The notes: generated by a model from the letters alone, not told the origin. A stretch of DNA of 64,000 nt from Octopus sinensis (GCF_006345805.1 NC_042999.1:56606001-56670000), one strand, 5' to 3'. Shown: positions 27,958-40,048, counted from the stretch's first letter. A program made the numbers and translations.

Positions 27958-28574
27958 AATTATTTAATGCACCTTAAATTAGCGGTTGTCAAACTTATTT
28001 TGTTATGGAACCTATAACGCGAGTATCTAAAGACAAAAGGAAAAAAAATCGTGGAACCCCTTATAATTTACAGACAACTCCGGATACCCTAATTTTAAAA
28101 AGACATTAAATTAAACAAAAATCTTTTAAAGATAGAAATTAATCATGAAAGAAAAGTCAAAATAATGTTATTTTGAAAATGGTGAAAAGCACATTTTATA
28201 TTTTTAAAAATCAATTTTTATTAAATTTAATTTAACGATGCCATATTGTGCGAAACCTCAGGATTTTTTCTCGTAGATCTCATTTGAGAAATCCTGCGTT
28301 AAACCAACAGACTCAAAACTATGTAAAGAATGTATATATGTTGTTGTTGTTGTTGAACTCCGCGTCAGTCCCAGTGAAGCTAACAGGTGATCAAATGTTG
28401 GACCAGTCGTCATGCAATTTTGTGACAGTGTATCTTGAACTATTTATCAAATATGTTCCCTCATCTGTTTTAAACAATAGAATATGAGTTGAGAGAGATT
28501 TAGTTGTTATTTCTAGTAGGCTAGGCAACCGTGTGGACGCTTCTTCAGTGGCTTGTTATAAAAATGATAATGAT

Positions 28575-28958
28575 TTCAAATTTCGACACAAGGCCAGCAA
28601 TTTCCAAGGAGAGAGAAAGTTGATTACATCGACCCCAGTGTGTAACTGGTACTTAATTTATCGACCCTGAAAGGATGAAAGGCAAAGTCGACCTCGGCGG
28701 AATTTGAACTCAGAAGGTAACGGCAGACGAAATACCTATTTCTTTACTACCCACAAGGGGCTAAACACAGAAAGGACAGACAAACGGATTAAGTCGAATA
28801 TATCGACCCCAGTGTGTAACTGGTACTTATTTAATCGACCTCGAAAGGATGAAAGGCAAAGTCGACCTCGGCGGAATTTGAACTCAGAATGTAGCGACAG
28901 ACGAAATACTGCTGAGCATTTCGTCCGGCGTGCTAACGATTCTGCCAGCTCGCCGCCT
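28575..28958 (-). mobile_element. Deu/Nin-domain-like SINE dimer
   Basis: Head ggcggcgagctggcagaatcgttagcacg plus two units. Confidence 0.85.
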
Positions 28959-29743
28959 TTTGTTATAATTATGATAATAATGAGCTTATTATATTCAATG
29001 CTCAAGTGCACTACAATTCGTCGGGAAAGTGTAAAAGAGGGGACAGGAAGCTGATAAGTCAAGTAAAGACAGACAGCAATGAAAGCTAGGACATACACGG
29101 AATATAGAATAAGACAAAAAAGAAAAGTGCAAATGAAAAAAAAAAGGGTACAATAGGCATGTCAGGAGTAGAGGTGGTATATTTCGAGAGGCTTAGCCCC
29201 TTGTGGGTAGTAAAGAAATAGGTATATTTCGAGAGGCATGGAATTTTTGAAGGATGCATTGTTCTGACAATTAACCACTGATGTGGGTTGTTTGCTAAGG
29301 TAATTCTGACAGTGAAAAATGTTTCCGAAATTCATGGATACCACGCTCGATTTTCGTTTTATTAGCATGTCCACAGGGTCACAAAGCTCTATTGTTGAAA
29401 TGCAGATAACAACAAGAATGTCACATTTTAAACTTGAGAAAAGTCTTGCATATTTTTCCTGCTCCGCTTCCAGACTGTATTTGTATTGTGTGTGTTAACC
29501 CTAGTTTTTCCAGATTGTCACCTAGACATTTATTCATGAAACCAAGAGCGTCTATTATTATTATTGGTATAAATGTGAATTTATAATTTGGATATAGAAG
29601 CTGCGGGTTTCGAAACAGTTGTCCTTACTTATCCTCTTTCTCTTTGATTTTCAAACAAATATTCACATTAGCAGGACAGCTAACCTCTATGACGGTACAT
29701 ACATTCTTTTTGTCTTCTGCAGGTAACAACATCCTGCCTTTTT

Positions 29744-29870
29744 GTATGTATGTGATTATTCAGTTTATTTCAAGATTTCTTACCAATAGAGAAAGAGTCG
29801 GTTTCTAACCTAGATCCAAGATTCCTTCATTGGAATTTCAACATCAACAACAGGGTATTTGTGTATGTAT
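29744..29870 (-). mobile_element. R4/Dong-type element, terminal 3' UTR half (continues at 34020-34365)
   Basis: Reverse complement of about 11490-11605. Confidence 0.8.
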
Positions 29871-29898
29871 GTATGTATGTATGTATGTATGTATGTAT

Positions 29899-30148
29899 AC
29901 TAATCATATCTGTCAGGCATGTGGAAGAGAGTGTAATTCGGCAGGAGGACTTAAACGACATGCAAAGGTACATGAAGCCCAGTTACAACTACAGCCGGCT
30001 ATTACCGGTAAAGGTTTTAGTTGCCAATTCTGTACAAGACATTGTAGATCTTTGGCTGGGCTAAAAAGTCACATTCGATCACAGCACCAGTAACAGTTAA
30101 GCTTCGTGCAATGGCCATACTCGATAACGAGGGGGCAGCCATAATGAT
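29899..30148 (+). mobile_element. RTE-type LINE extreme 3' fragment encoding two C2H2-like fingers
   Basis: HICQACGRECNSAGGLKRHAKVH and FSCQFCTRHCRSLAGLKSHIRSQH; nearly identical to 39799-40048. Confidence 0.85.
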
Positions 30149-30316
30149 GTACGTATGCATGCATGCATGTATGTATGTATGTATGTATGTATGTATGTAT
30201 GTATGTATGTATGTATGTATGTATGTATGTTAGTTAGTTAGTTAGTTAGTTAATTTGGCTCAAAAGCAAATAACAAGGCCATGTAGGAGGACATGGAGTT
30301 AAGTACAGGGTGGTGT

Positions 30317-33204
30317 TCATGTAAAGAGTTCAGGCCACTTGAGGTCCAGGGAGGCTTTGAACAAAGCGGTCGGCGGCATCTTCACCATCTCGTCTGGCAG
30401 CTTGTTCCACGGATCCGCAACCCGGACGGAGAAAGCTCCTCTCCTTCGATTGAGATGAAATCGTCGCAGGTAGAGCTTTTCGGAATGACCCCGCAGCCGA
30501 CGCTCTGGAGCAGGAGTGAAGAACAGCTCTTTCGAGAGGTTACACTTTCCGCTTATAATGTTGTGGGCGAGAATGAGATCACCACGGCGGCGGCGTTTTT
30601 CAAGAGAATAAGGTCGAGCGTCCTCAGCCTTTCTTCGTAGGACAAATTTTTGAGACCATGAACCATGCGGGTAGCCAGCCTCTGGACTCTTTCAAGATGC
30701 TGTATGTCTTTGAGGAGATAAGGAGAAGAGGCCTGAATCCCATACTCCAATATGGGTCTCACCAGCGTGACATAGAGTGGTAGGAATATGGCTGCTGTGA
30801 GCATTCCGAATGACCGTCGAATCAAGAACAGAATTCCGCGTGCTTTATTGGCAGCATGGACGCACTGGGCCGAAGGCGAAAAGGAGGAATCCACCAAGAT
30901 ACCCAGGTCCTTTACCTGATCGGTCCTCTCCAGCAGCAGACGACCCGGCTCGAAATCAAGTTGAGTTGCAGGAGTAGAGCCGACAGGCAGATGACAGCAC
31001 TTTGACACGTTCAGACACAGGTCCCAATCGTTAGACCACTTCCAAATTTGGTGGAGGCATCGACGAAGATCCTCTATATTACCGCGAGGAGCGACCAGTT
31101 TGATATCGTCGGCAAATAGAAGGGTGTGTTGCGTGAGGTCGTCGGGCAAGTCATTTATGAAGACTAAGAACAACAAGGGCCCAAGCACTGAACCTTGAGG
31201 CACGCCACTGCTCGCACTGGAGACGTCGGACCGCGAACCATTAACTTGGACTTGGAAGGAGCGATCTGAGAGGAAGGCACCAACCCATCGTATAATATCC
31301 GGATGGAAACTATATGCTTGAAGCTTGACAAGTAATAGGCGGTGGTTTACCGAGTCAAAGGCTTTGGCCAAGTCCAATAAAACGATGTCAACAGCATCAC
31401 TATCATCGAGGATGCGCGTCACCAATTCTTCCATTACTAGTAAGTTGGTCAAGCATGATCTCTTCGGCACGAAGCCGTGTTGGGAATCAGAGATAGAGGC
31501 TGTGTTTAGGAGGTGGAGCATCATACTTTTCTTAAGGATGGTTTCGAACATCTTGCTGATTATTGATGTAAGGGAAACCGGTCGGTAGTTAAGCGGGTCT
31601 TCGCGGCTCCCTTTCTTGAAAATTGGGCAGATTATCGCTGTTCTCCAGTCTGCAGGTATAACACCCGTCGCCAATGACATATTGAATAGTCGTGTTAAGG
31701 GCTCGCAGATGACCGGAGCCAACGCTTTGATAACCCGTGGGTGTATGCCGTCAGGGCCGTGACCCTTGTTGACATCGAGGCCTTGAATAACACGTTTGAC
31801 TTCGTCCCGCGTGATGACCAATCGAAGCATTGGAGGTACCGATCTATCAAATGGAGGGGGTTCACGACCATCATCTTGTTTGAAAATAGTTGAAAAAGCC
31901 TCGGCAAATAATTGACTCTGTTGATAAGGGTCCTCAATCGATACGCCTGTTGAGTCTACCAACGTTGCAATCTGGTTGTTCAAGCGGGAATTCCGCTGGA
32001 CATGGGCAAAGAAGGTTTTTGGATTGCCACTGGCATTTGCCGCGATTTTGTATTCATAACTGAAGCGTTCTCTCTTTTCAATTTTCACGGCTCGGTCTCG
32101 TTGAGTTTTGTACACCTCAAAAGCTGCAGTCGAATCCAGATTTTTGAATTCAGCCCAAGCAATATCTCTGAGTCGACGTTCTCGTTTAACCTTCTTCGTT
32201 ACCCAGGGCTTGTGTTTCTTCTTCTTGGGAAGCCCAACGGGAACTGCCTGGTCAGTCAAACAGATTACATATGCTTTGAGGGATGACCATAGTTCGTCAA
32301 CAGAGGACAACGTCATCAGGGATCGCCAGTCCAGAAGCGCGGAAGCCTCGGTTAGAATTTCAAGATTAATTGCAGAGAAGACTCTACGTGGCAGCGAAGT
32401 AGTCGTGGGCGTAGAAAAAGTTGTGTGCATGACGAACTTCAGGACCGCATGATCACTCTTGGCAAGAGGGGCGCACACAGATACGTCTGACACTGATCTT
32501 GGATAGCGGGAGAATACCAGATCTAGCATAGATGGCTGCTGCCCAGACCGATGCCTTGTCGGATATTCAACATGTTGCGATAGAAAACAATCTTCAGCCA
32601 CGTCAAGAAGGGCCTGGCCGAAACGGGAAGATGTTGTACAAATTGATGCGGGCCAATCGATCGTGGGAGCGTTGAAGTCTCCTAGTACCAAACATTCATG
32701 TGAAGCTGAAACGAATCTTATCGCTTCGAGTAAATGAGTATCGTCCTGGGGGTCGGCAAGAGGCGGCCTGTAGACAGCCAACACGGGCAGGCAAAACTCA
32801 GATAGGCTCAGTTTGCAATAGACGGCATCGAATTTTGTTGTAGGTTGAGCATTAGTGGGTAGAATACCGCTGGACGGTTTGTGCTCAGACTTAACATACA
32901 CAGCAACACCTCCACCTCGCCTTTTTCCTCTGTCACATCTGAAAAGGACGTAGCCCTGCAGGTGGATTTCTGAGTCCTTTACTGCTGGAGTCAGCCAAGT
33001 CTCGGTGATAGCTATCACATCAGGGGAGTCACGTATGGCCAGTGTAAATAGTTCACTGAACTTTGGGAATAAGGAGCACGAGTTGGTGTAGACGATGCTG
33101 AGCTGTGAAGTCTGACGGGCGGGAGTTGGGGAACAAGCAGAATAAGGGGCATCAGAGATAGCGTCGTTGACGGGGGTATCAACTTCACTTCGATTTGCCC
33201 TCAC
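30317..33204 (-). CDS. LINE ORF2: AP-like endonuclease plus reverse transcriptase (883-aa open frame 30553-33204; one 1-bp deletion near 30610, expected stop at 30317)
   Basis: APE motifs ITETW, GDFN, SDH; RT motifs DLAKAFDSV, GVPQGSVLGPLLF, FADD; restoring one T gives LYSLEKRRRRGDLIL...WNKLP...ELFT*. Confidence 0.92.
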
Positions 33205-33947
33205 ATCACTTTCCCTGTCAGCACTACAGCATGGGACCAGAGGTAGGACTTGATTATCTGTCCATATTGGATTCGTAAACCCTTCTCTCCCATTTGTTTC
33301 CTCATCTTTAGTTCGGATATTAAGTTTCTCCGGCGAATTCTCTCTCTTAGTGAGTATTCCCCGCGAAAACCCATATTGGGGTCCTCCCAGGCATGCGTCT
33401 GAGCTCTGTTCAGAAAGACTGAAGCCTCCCGATCGGAGGAGAAGATTACCCTTATTGGGCGTGGTCTAGTATCTGAGGTTGGGTTCGCTTGGAATCTTCC
33501 TAGCCGAGCGACCTTATGGACACTGACATTTTCGTTCACAGAGAACAATTTTCCAACTAAAATGGAAACAAAATTAATGTAATCTTTTAGGCAGTTTATG
33601 CCTATATCACAGGTGGATTCAGCTTTACCATAAATTATTGCTGATCTTGAGTGGGCAAAATGTTCTCTACTATGAGCTGCGGTATTCGATTCTTCATTGG
33701 AAGATTTCGAAAGGGTGGTTTCATAGTCATCGGACTTATGTCGGCCTGTGGGGTCGATCGGAATGGGTTTAGTGGTCATAATTTTCCCGCCTGGTTTGGA
33801 ACTGCACTGCCTCTTCTTCGGTTTGGGGGAGCACCACTCCCCAGATGAACTCACATCGAGATCGTTCAGAATTGGTTGAGCGATGGCATTAATGGGAAGG
33901 ACAAGTGAGGGAGAATCCAAACAGATTTTATCGTGATCAGGTTTCAT
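33201..33947 (-). CDS. LINE ORF1 (CR1-type nucleic-acid-binding protein), 5'-truncated
   Basis: 248-aa ORF directly upstream of ORF2 with RLG...RPRPIRVIF and ERIRRRNLISELKMRKQMGE motifs typical of CR1-type ORF1; the frame stays open to the element boundary. Confidence 0.75.
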   Translation of the reverse strand: MKPDHDKICLDSPSLVLPINAIAQPILNDLDVSSSGEWCSPKPKKRQCSSKPGGKIMTTKPIPIDPTGRHKSDDYETTLSKSSNEESNTAAHSREHFAHSRSAIIYGKAESTCDIGINCLKDYINFVSILVGKLFSVNENVSVHKVARLGRFQANPTSDTRPRPIRVIFSSDREASVFLNRAQTHAWEDPNMGFRGEYSLRERIRRRNLISELKMRKQMGEKGLRIQYGQIIKSYLWSHAVVLTGKVM

Positions 33948-34019
33948 AGCTAAAACTGCCCCACTGGAGTTTTGACTACGTTTCTTCTTTTGGGGAGAAC
34001 AACGTATGTATGTATGTAT

Positions 34020-34365
34020 GTATGTATGTGCAGATTTGTATGTTTTATGTGTGTATTCTCACGCATATAGTCGCATATCTAGACATGCTCATATATATTT
34101 AAATAATAAACTTCTAGAAAGTTTCAAAGATTTCTACAGTTCCAGTGATGGATTAGATCTGTAATCTTCGAATTAGCTTTCTCTTTTCTGGTTTTGAGAA
34201 GCCTAATTTCTCAAGATTGGTATTTAGGCAGTGTGTTACACATCCCAGAGCCCCAATAATTACAGGTATAAACCTGAACTTGTAGTCTGGATTGAGTAAC
34301 TGCAGCGTAGGTATTCTCTTTTTCATTGGTCTTCAGCTATATGTGAACATCCGCTGGGCAGCTGT
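34020..34365 (-). mobile_element. R4/Dong-type element, REL-coding half
   Basis: Reverse complement of about 11110-11480. Confidence 0.8.
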
Positions 34366-34849
34366 ATGCATGTATGTATGTATGTATGTATGTATGTATG
34401 TATGTATGTATGTATGTATGTATGTATGTATGTATGTATATACATGATGTTTTTCTTCGAGATTTTAAAGTTTTTCCTTTGCAGCATCCAAACTGGTCAC
34501 TAACATAGTAACAAAAGTTTTAGTCAAGACCGATCTTAGCGTTTTTAGATATGCAGTTCAGTTCATGCGTGCATGTATGTGTGGGTGAGTGTATGTATGA
34601 ATGTGTGCGCGCATGTGTGTGTGTGTGCGTGCGCGCGCGCGACTCTGTGTGTGTGTGTATGTGAGTGTGTGTGCTTCCGTATATATTTATAAAAATTAGA
34701 TGTCTTGCATGTTCAAGGTGATGCAATTTCAGTTTATACTCTCTTGCTTTCAATTCTAATGTTGCTTAATAATCTTGTGTAACAGAATTCATTTTATTGA
34801 CAAACACAAACACAAAGCCACACACTCTCCCAGTCTCTCCCTCTCACAG

Positions 34850-35020
34850 ATGCACATACGACGGGATTCTTACAGTTTCCGTCCACCAAATCCACTCACA
34901 AAGCTTTGGTCGGCCTGAGGCTACAGAAGACACTTGCCCAGTATACCATACTGGTGGGATTGAACCCAGAACCATGAGGTGGAGAAAGAAACTTCTTACC
35001 ACACAACCACTGCTGCGCCT
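34850..35020 (-). mobile_element. CORE-like tRNA SINE head
   Basis: Diverged reverse complement of the 5493 family. Confidence 0.75.
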
Positions 35021-35290
35021 ACAGTATGTATAAAAACAAAAACAGGAGTTGCCAAAATATATTTAAAATGAATGCCACTACATGTGTGAGTGTTTGGGGG
35101 GTAAAGCAATTTTAGTTAGCAGGGAAGTACAGAGATAATCGAAAAAACAAAAAAAAATCAATCTAGTAATAGCCGATATAAAAAATATTGGTTGGTTGGT
35201 TGGTTGGTCGGTTTAGCCAGTAATGCCTTATATTGGGAGAGAGACAGCCAGACAGAGAGGGAGAGAGAGTGAGTGAGTGAGTGAGTGAGT

Positions 35291-35356
<66 letters not shown>

Positions 35357-35828
35357 GAGAGAGAATAAAACGGAGATAGAGAGAGAGTTGACAAAAGAGG
35401 TACAGAATGAGTGTCTGATAACTTCCTGAAAAATACAAATTTTTTAAATGAAATTTTGCAGTTCGGTTTTTTTTTCAGTTTTATTGATAAAATTTAGAAA
35501 AATAATAACACATTTATGACAAATATAGAAATGAGAAGTTTGTTTTATTTAAGTTGAACTAAAATAAAACAAATTTGTATATTTGTCATAAATGTGTTAT
35601 TAATTATTTTTCTTTTCAACATTCGTAATCATTTCCTCATTTTGTATAAGCACCAATAAGTAAAAGTTAAATTATAATAATTGCATACCGGCACAGTCGT
35701 AGCTTGCTTCCCAAAAACATGGTTCTGGTTTCAGTCCCACTGTGTGGCACCTTCTATTATAGCCTCGGGCCGACCAAAGCCCTGCGTGCATTTGATAGGC
35801 GTTAACTGAAAAAAAGCCCATCCTATCT

Positions 35829-35870
<42 letters not shown>

Positions 35871-35923
35871 ATCTATCTATCTATCTATATCTATCTATCT
35901 ATCTATCTATCTATATCTATCTA

Positions 35924-35987
<64 letters not shown>

Positions 35988-36252
35988 TTGCAAGATTCTT
36001 GATGTAAAATCGTGTGTTGAAACAGATGATGTTGTATTCAAGAATGGTCATTTTGCCAGTTTAGCCAATAAATAAGAAAGAAGAAAGCAAAGGACCAGAG
36101 ATGAGGTCACAGAAGTGTGACGAAAGAACTGTGGTCGAAATACGTTAAGATTAATGTAAAAAATAAATAAAGCTGAAGCAAATTAACACCAAATATATAG
36201 TGCATGTGTTTTTATTGACTAAACTGGCAAAATGACCGTTCCTAAATACAAC

Positions 36253-36355
<103 letters not shown>

Positions 36356-37031
36356 AATGAAACAAGAACATAACAGATGACAACAAAACATCCGGACAGT
36401 TAGCCAATACAAAAAAGGACAGGAAAAAACAAGGACGGGTCATTCCGAGCGTCCTATTGTCTGTCGAGTTCCAGATCGTCTTTGCAGTTTCGGCCGGTTA
36501 CATTCAAGACTGCTCCAATCTGGCCGACCAAGAAAATCTAAGCTAAGAGCACTAGACTCCTTGGAAGAAAGCAAGCGAAGGTATACGAAAACAAGGACGA
36601 AAAAAGGCGGAGAAATGGTACACAATTACAAATACAAACAACAGGATATTAACAACAGGTGTCTTTCGACTAAGGACGAATTAAATTAAGCTGGCGTGTA
36701 TGGAAGTGAAGCCTTACTGCAGGAACATAAGATATGAAGATATAAGAGCTGCTACACAAATGGTAGTCGAACCAAAAAAGAAAGGTCAGAGTTGGCGGAA
36801 CACCGGTCACGTGAAAGGAGAGGAGAGAGGCTGAGGGATTAAAGAATTAGGGAGGGTCGAGAAAGAGAGAAAAAGAAAGGAAAGGGACTGAGTGAGATAA
36901 AAGAGGGAATGTGAGAATGAAGGGAAGGCCAAGAAATATGAGCGAGGGAGAAAAAGAAAAGTAGAAAGAACGAAGAAAATGTGAAGGGGGCGAAAAGAAA
37001 GAGTAAAAGAGTCGTACAGAATTTAGATATA

Positions 37032-38256
37032 CAGGGGTTGGACAAAATAATGGAAGCACCTTAAAATTTCAAGCAAATTTATTTTAATATGGGGTAGGAC
37101 CGTCTTTGGCAGTAATTACAGCTTGAATTCTACGAGGTATGGACTCGTACAAAGTTTGAATTGTTTCCAAAGGAATTCTTGTCTATTCATCAGCTTAAAC
37201 AGTCTCCAGTTTTTGTAGTGATGATGGTGGAGGATATCGACTCCTTACTTGTTTTTCTAAAATGCACCATAAATATTCAATAATATTGAGATCTGGGGAC
37301 TGTGGTAGCCAGATAAGATGTTCAACTTCACTAGGATGTTCCTCATGCCATTCAGTAACAACTTTAACTGTGTGAATTGGGGAATTATCATCCTGAAAGA
37401 TTATGCTTTCCCTCCGGAAACAGTTCCGAAACCATAGGATGAATTTGATCAGATAAAATGCTTAGTCTTGGCTATTAATTCTACCATGAAGGGAAATCAT
37501 TGGGCCGGCGAATTTCCAAGATATAGCTCCCCAGATCATCACAGATCCTCCTCCATGTTTAACAGTTGGAAGAAGGCAGTCTGAGTCAAATGCTTCTTTT
37601 GGCAATCTCCATACGTATACTCGGCCGGTGGTCGGAAATAAGGTAAAGGATGACTCGTCCGAGAAAATAACATTCTTCCACTGCTCTAGGGACCAATTCT
37701 GTAGGGTTTTACTCCACACTAAACGCTTTGCAACGTTTGTTTTTGAAAGTAGTGGTTTTCTGATTGCAGCCCTCTCGTGAAATTTGGCTTTGTGCAGGTT
37801 CTCGAGCTGGTCATTAAACTCTGCAGTAATTTTGGGAGCTGTACTTTTGTGATCTTTTCTAACAATTCTCGTAAGTGTCCGACAATCGCTATCTGAAAGT
37901 TTTGGTTTTCTTCTGGAGTTTTGCTTCGACGAGGATGTTTTTCTCTCTTTCTCAAAGGCTGCCATTACTTTCGAGACAGTACTTCTTGATACACCAAACA
38001 TTTGGTCTGCTTTCGTTACGCTAGCGCCTGCCATACAAGCACGAAACAATTTGGCCTCTTTGAAAGTCTGATAGATTTGTCATTTTAATGAATTTTAATT
38101 ACCTTTTTCTGATGATATCTGAAAGGAAACAGCAATTTTAGCAAAACATATTAAGCGACACTAATAATAAATAAACAAGCTTTTGTCGATTTTATAGATA
38201 TTTCAAAATTACGATGCTATGATGCAAGGTATTTCCATTATTTTGTCCAACCCCTG
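37032..38256 (-). mobile_element. Tc1-like DNA transposon, full length, with TIRs and TA TSD
   Basis: TA-caggggttggacaaaataatggaa ... ttccattattttgtccaacccctg-TA. Confidence 0.93.
37084..38083 (-). pseudogene. Tc1-type DDE transposase pseudogene
   Basis: MTNLSDFQRGQIV start, WKNVIFSDES, VKHGGGSVMIWG, FQDDN, PQSPDLNIIE; frameshift near 38045 and stop at 37462. Confidence 0.88.
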
Positions 38257-38552
38257 TATATATGTACTTACATACAGGAGACCAAAATGTACGTACGCCG
38301 CTATACTCTCTTTTACTCTCTTTTACTTGTTTCAGTCATTTGACTGCGGCCATGCTGGAGCACCGCCTTTAGTCGAGCAAATCGACCCCAGGACTTATTC
38401 TTTATGTATATATATTCTATATGTATATATAAAAGAAAAGAATACAAAAAATGGAACAAGAACGTAACAGGCGAGAACAAAACAGACCATGTCAGGAAGA
38501 AGATGCACTTGTATATCTGTCACCAGAGTGGGTATATAATTTGAAATGCATA

Positions 38553-38870
38553 GTATTAAATATCTAACACGGCTGGTCTTACCAATCGGTTTCGCATGAA
38601 GAATACAGAATACAATGGAGTGTTAGGTAACAATCCGATTATACAACTTTATGCTCATCAGAGTTAGCCAATATGGAAGGGGATATGGTGACTGCTCTCA
38701 TTGTCGGAGGTGAGCATAACTGGTCGGAGAGCAGTCGCCATATTCCCTCCCATATTTGCTAACTCTGATTGGCATAAAGGTATATAATCAGATTGCTACC
38801 TAACACACTCCATAGAATTCTTTACGCGAAACCGATTCGTAAGACCAGCCGTGATTGAAATTTAACACTA
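38553..38870. mobile_element. Inverted pair of Penelope-like terminal repeats (about 145-bp arms)
   Basis: About 38553-38698 is a diverged reverse complement of about 38727-38870; each arm carries a hammerhead-like motif. Confidence 0.7.
38571..38669 (-). ncRNA. Type I hammerhead ribozyme motif with long loop II
   Basis: Minus strand ggctaact-CTGATGA-gcataaag...cttcatgc-GAAA-ccgattgg-TA-agaccagcc. Confidence 0.65.
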
Positions 38871-38979
38871 CTTTTCGGATAAATGTATGTATGTATGTAT
38901 GTATGTATGTATGTATGTATGTATGTATGTATGTATGTATGTATGTATGTATGTATGTGTGTGTGTGTGTGTGTGTGTA

Positions 38980-40048
38980 TTTATGATGTAGTCGATCAGT
39001 TTGTCTACCTGGGAAGCACTATTAATAGATATGGCAATGTGGATGATGAAATTCCATATAGAATTAGGAAAGCAAGTGTTGCTTTCGGAAGGTTAGAAAA
39101 GCGTCTCTGGAGTCGGCGAGACATATGCAGAAAGACAAAGATAAAGGTGTACAAGGCATGTGTGCTCCCTTCTCTTCTCTATGCCTGCGAGACGTGGGTC
39201 ACATATCGATACCACCTTAAACAACTGGAACGTTTCCATCAGATGTGCCTCAGACGGATCTATGGTATTAAGTGGGAGGACCGCATCAGTGATCTTGAAA
39301 TATTGGAAGGCTCTCGGTGTGAAAGTATAGAAGCTCCTGTATTAAAGCAAAGGCTCAGTTGGAGTGGTCATCTGGTCAGAATGAAGGATTCAAGGATGCC
39401 AAAACAACTCTTTTATGGAGAGTTAGCTAAAGGAGAACGACCTCCACATAAACCAAAAAAGAGGTATAAGGACTTACTGAAGGCATCCTTAAGAGATGCT
39501 TGCATCTCTCCTGACACATGGGAAGGCATAGCTATTGATCGTAGCAGGTGGAGAAGGATTGTGCAGGAGGGAACAGCCACTTTTGAGAAATCTCGAGTTG
39601 CACATGAGAAAGTAAGGAGGGATGTCAGGAAGGGCATCGCTGTTACACTTCCAGAAGGGAAGGGTCTTCTTTTGATGCTAACATGCAATGTTGGGGCAAG
39701 ACCCTCGCTCAGTAAAGCTGGACTCAAGAGTCGTCTTCGTAGTCATAAAACGAGACAGATGAGTGACAACCTGGCCACTGGTGGTGGTGTAACACACCAT
39801 ACTAATCATATCTGTCGGGCATGTGGAAGAGAGTGTAATTCGGCAGGAGGACTTAAACGACATGCAAATGTACATGAAGCCCAGTTACAACTACAGCCGG
39901 CTATTACCAGTAAAGGTTTTAGTTGCCAATTTTGTACAAGACATTGTAGATCTTTAGCTGGGCTAAAAAGTAACATTCGATTACAGCACCAGTAACAGTT
40001 AAGCTTCGTGCAATGGCCATACTCGATAACGAGGGGGCAGCCATAATG
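38980..40048 (+). mobile_element. RTE-clade LINE 3' portion with open frame and three C-terminal C2H2-like fingers
   Basis: VVDQFVYLGS, LLYACETW, RLSWSGHLVRM, PKQLFYGEL, then three finger-like motifs; the ORF N-terminus in the track is only (TATG)n. Confidence 0.9.

Larger units (their letters stand above)
30231..34003 (-). mobile_element. Near full-length CR1-clade LINE, 5'-truncated within ORF1, (TAAC)n tail, inserted in (TATG)n
   Basis: ORF1 plus APE-RT ORF2, short 3' UTR, tagttagtt tail at 30231-30251, (gtat)n on both sides. Confidence 0.92.

Noticed and set aside
36095-36150. Hammerhead-like gagatga...ctgtggtc-gaaa-tacgt
   Set aside because: Core lacks CUG and stem I is not supported; at best a decayed relic
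38883-39995. 370-aa ORF as a host C2H2 zinc-finger gene
   Set aside because: The start comes from (TATG)n and the body is an RTE LINE C-terminus
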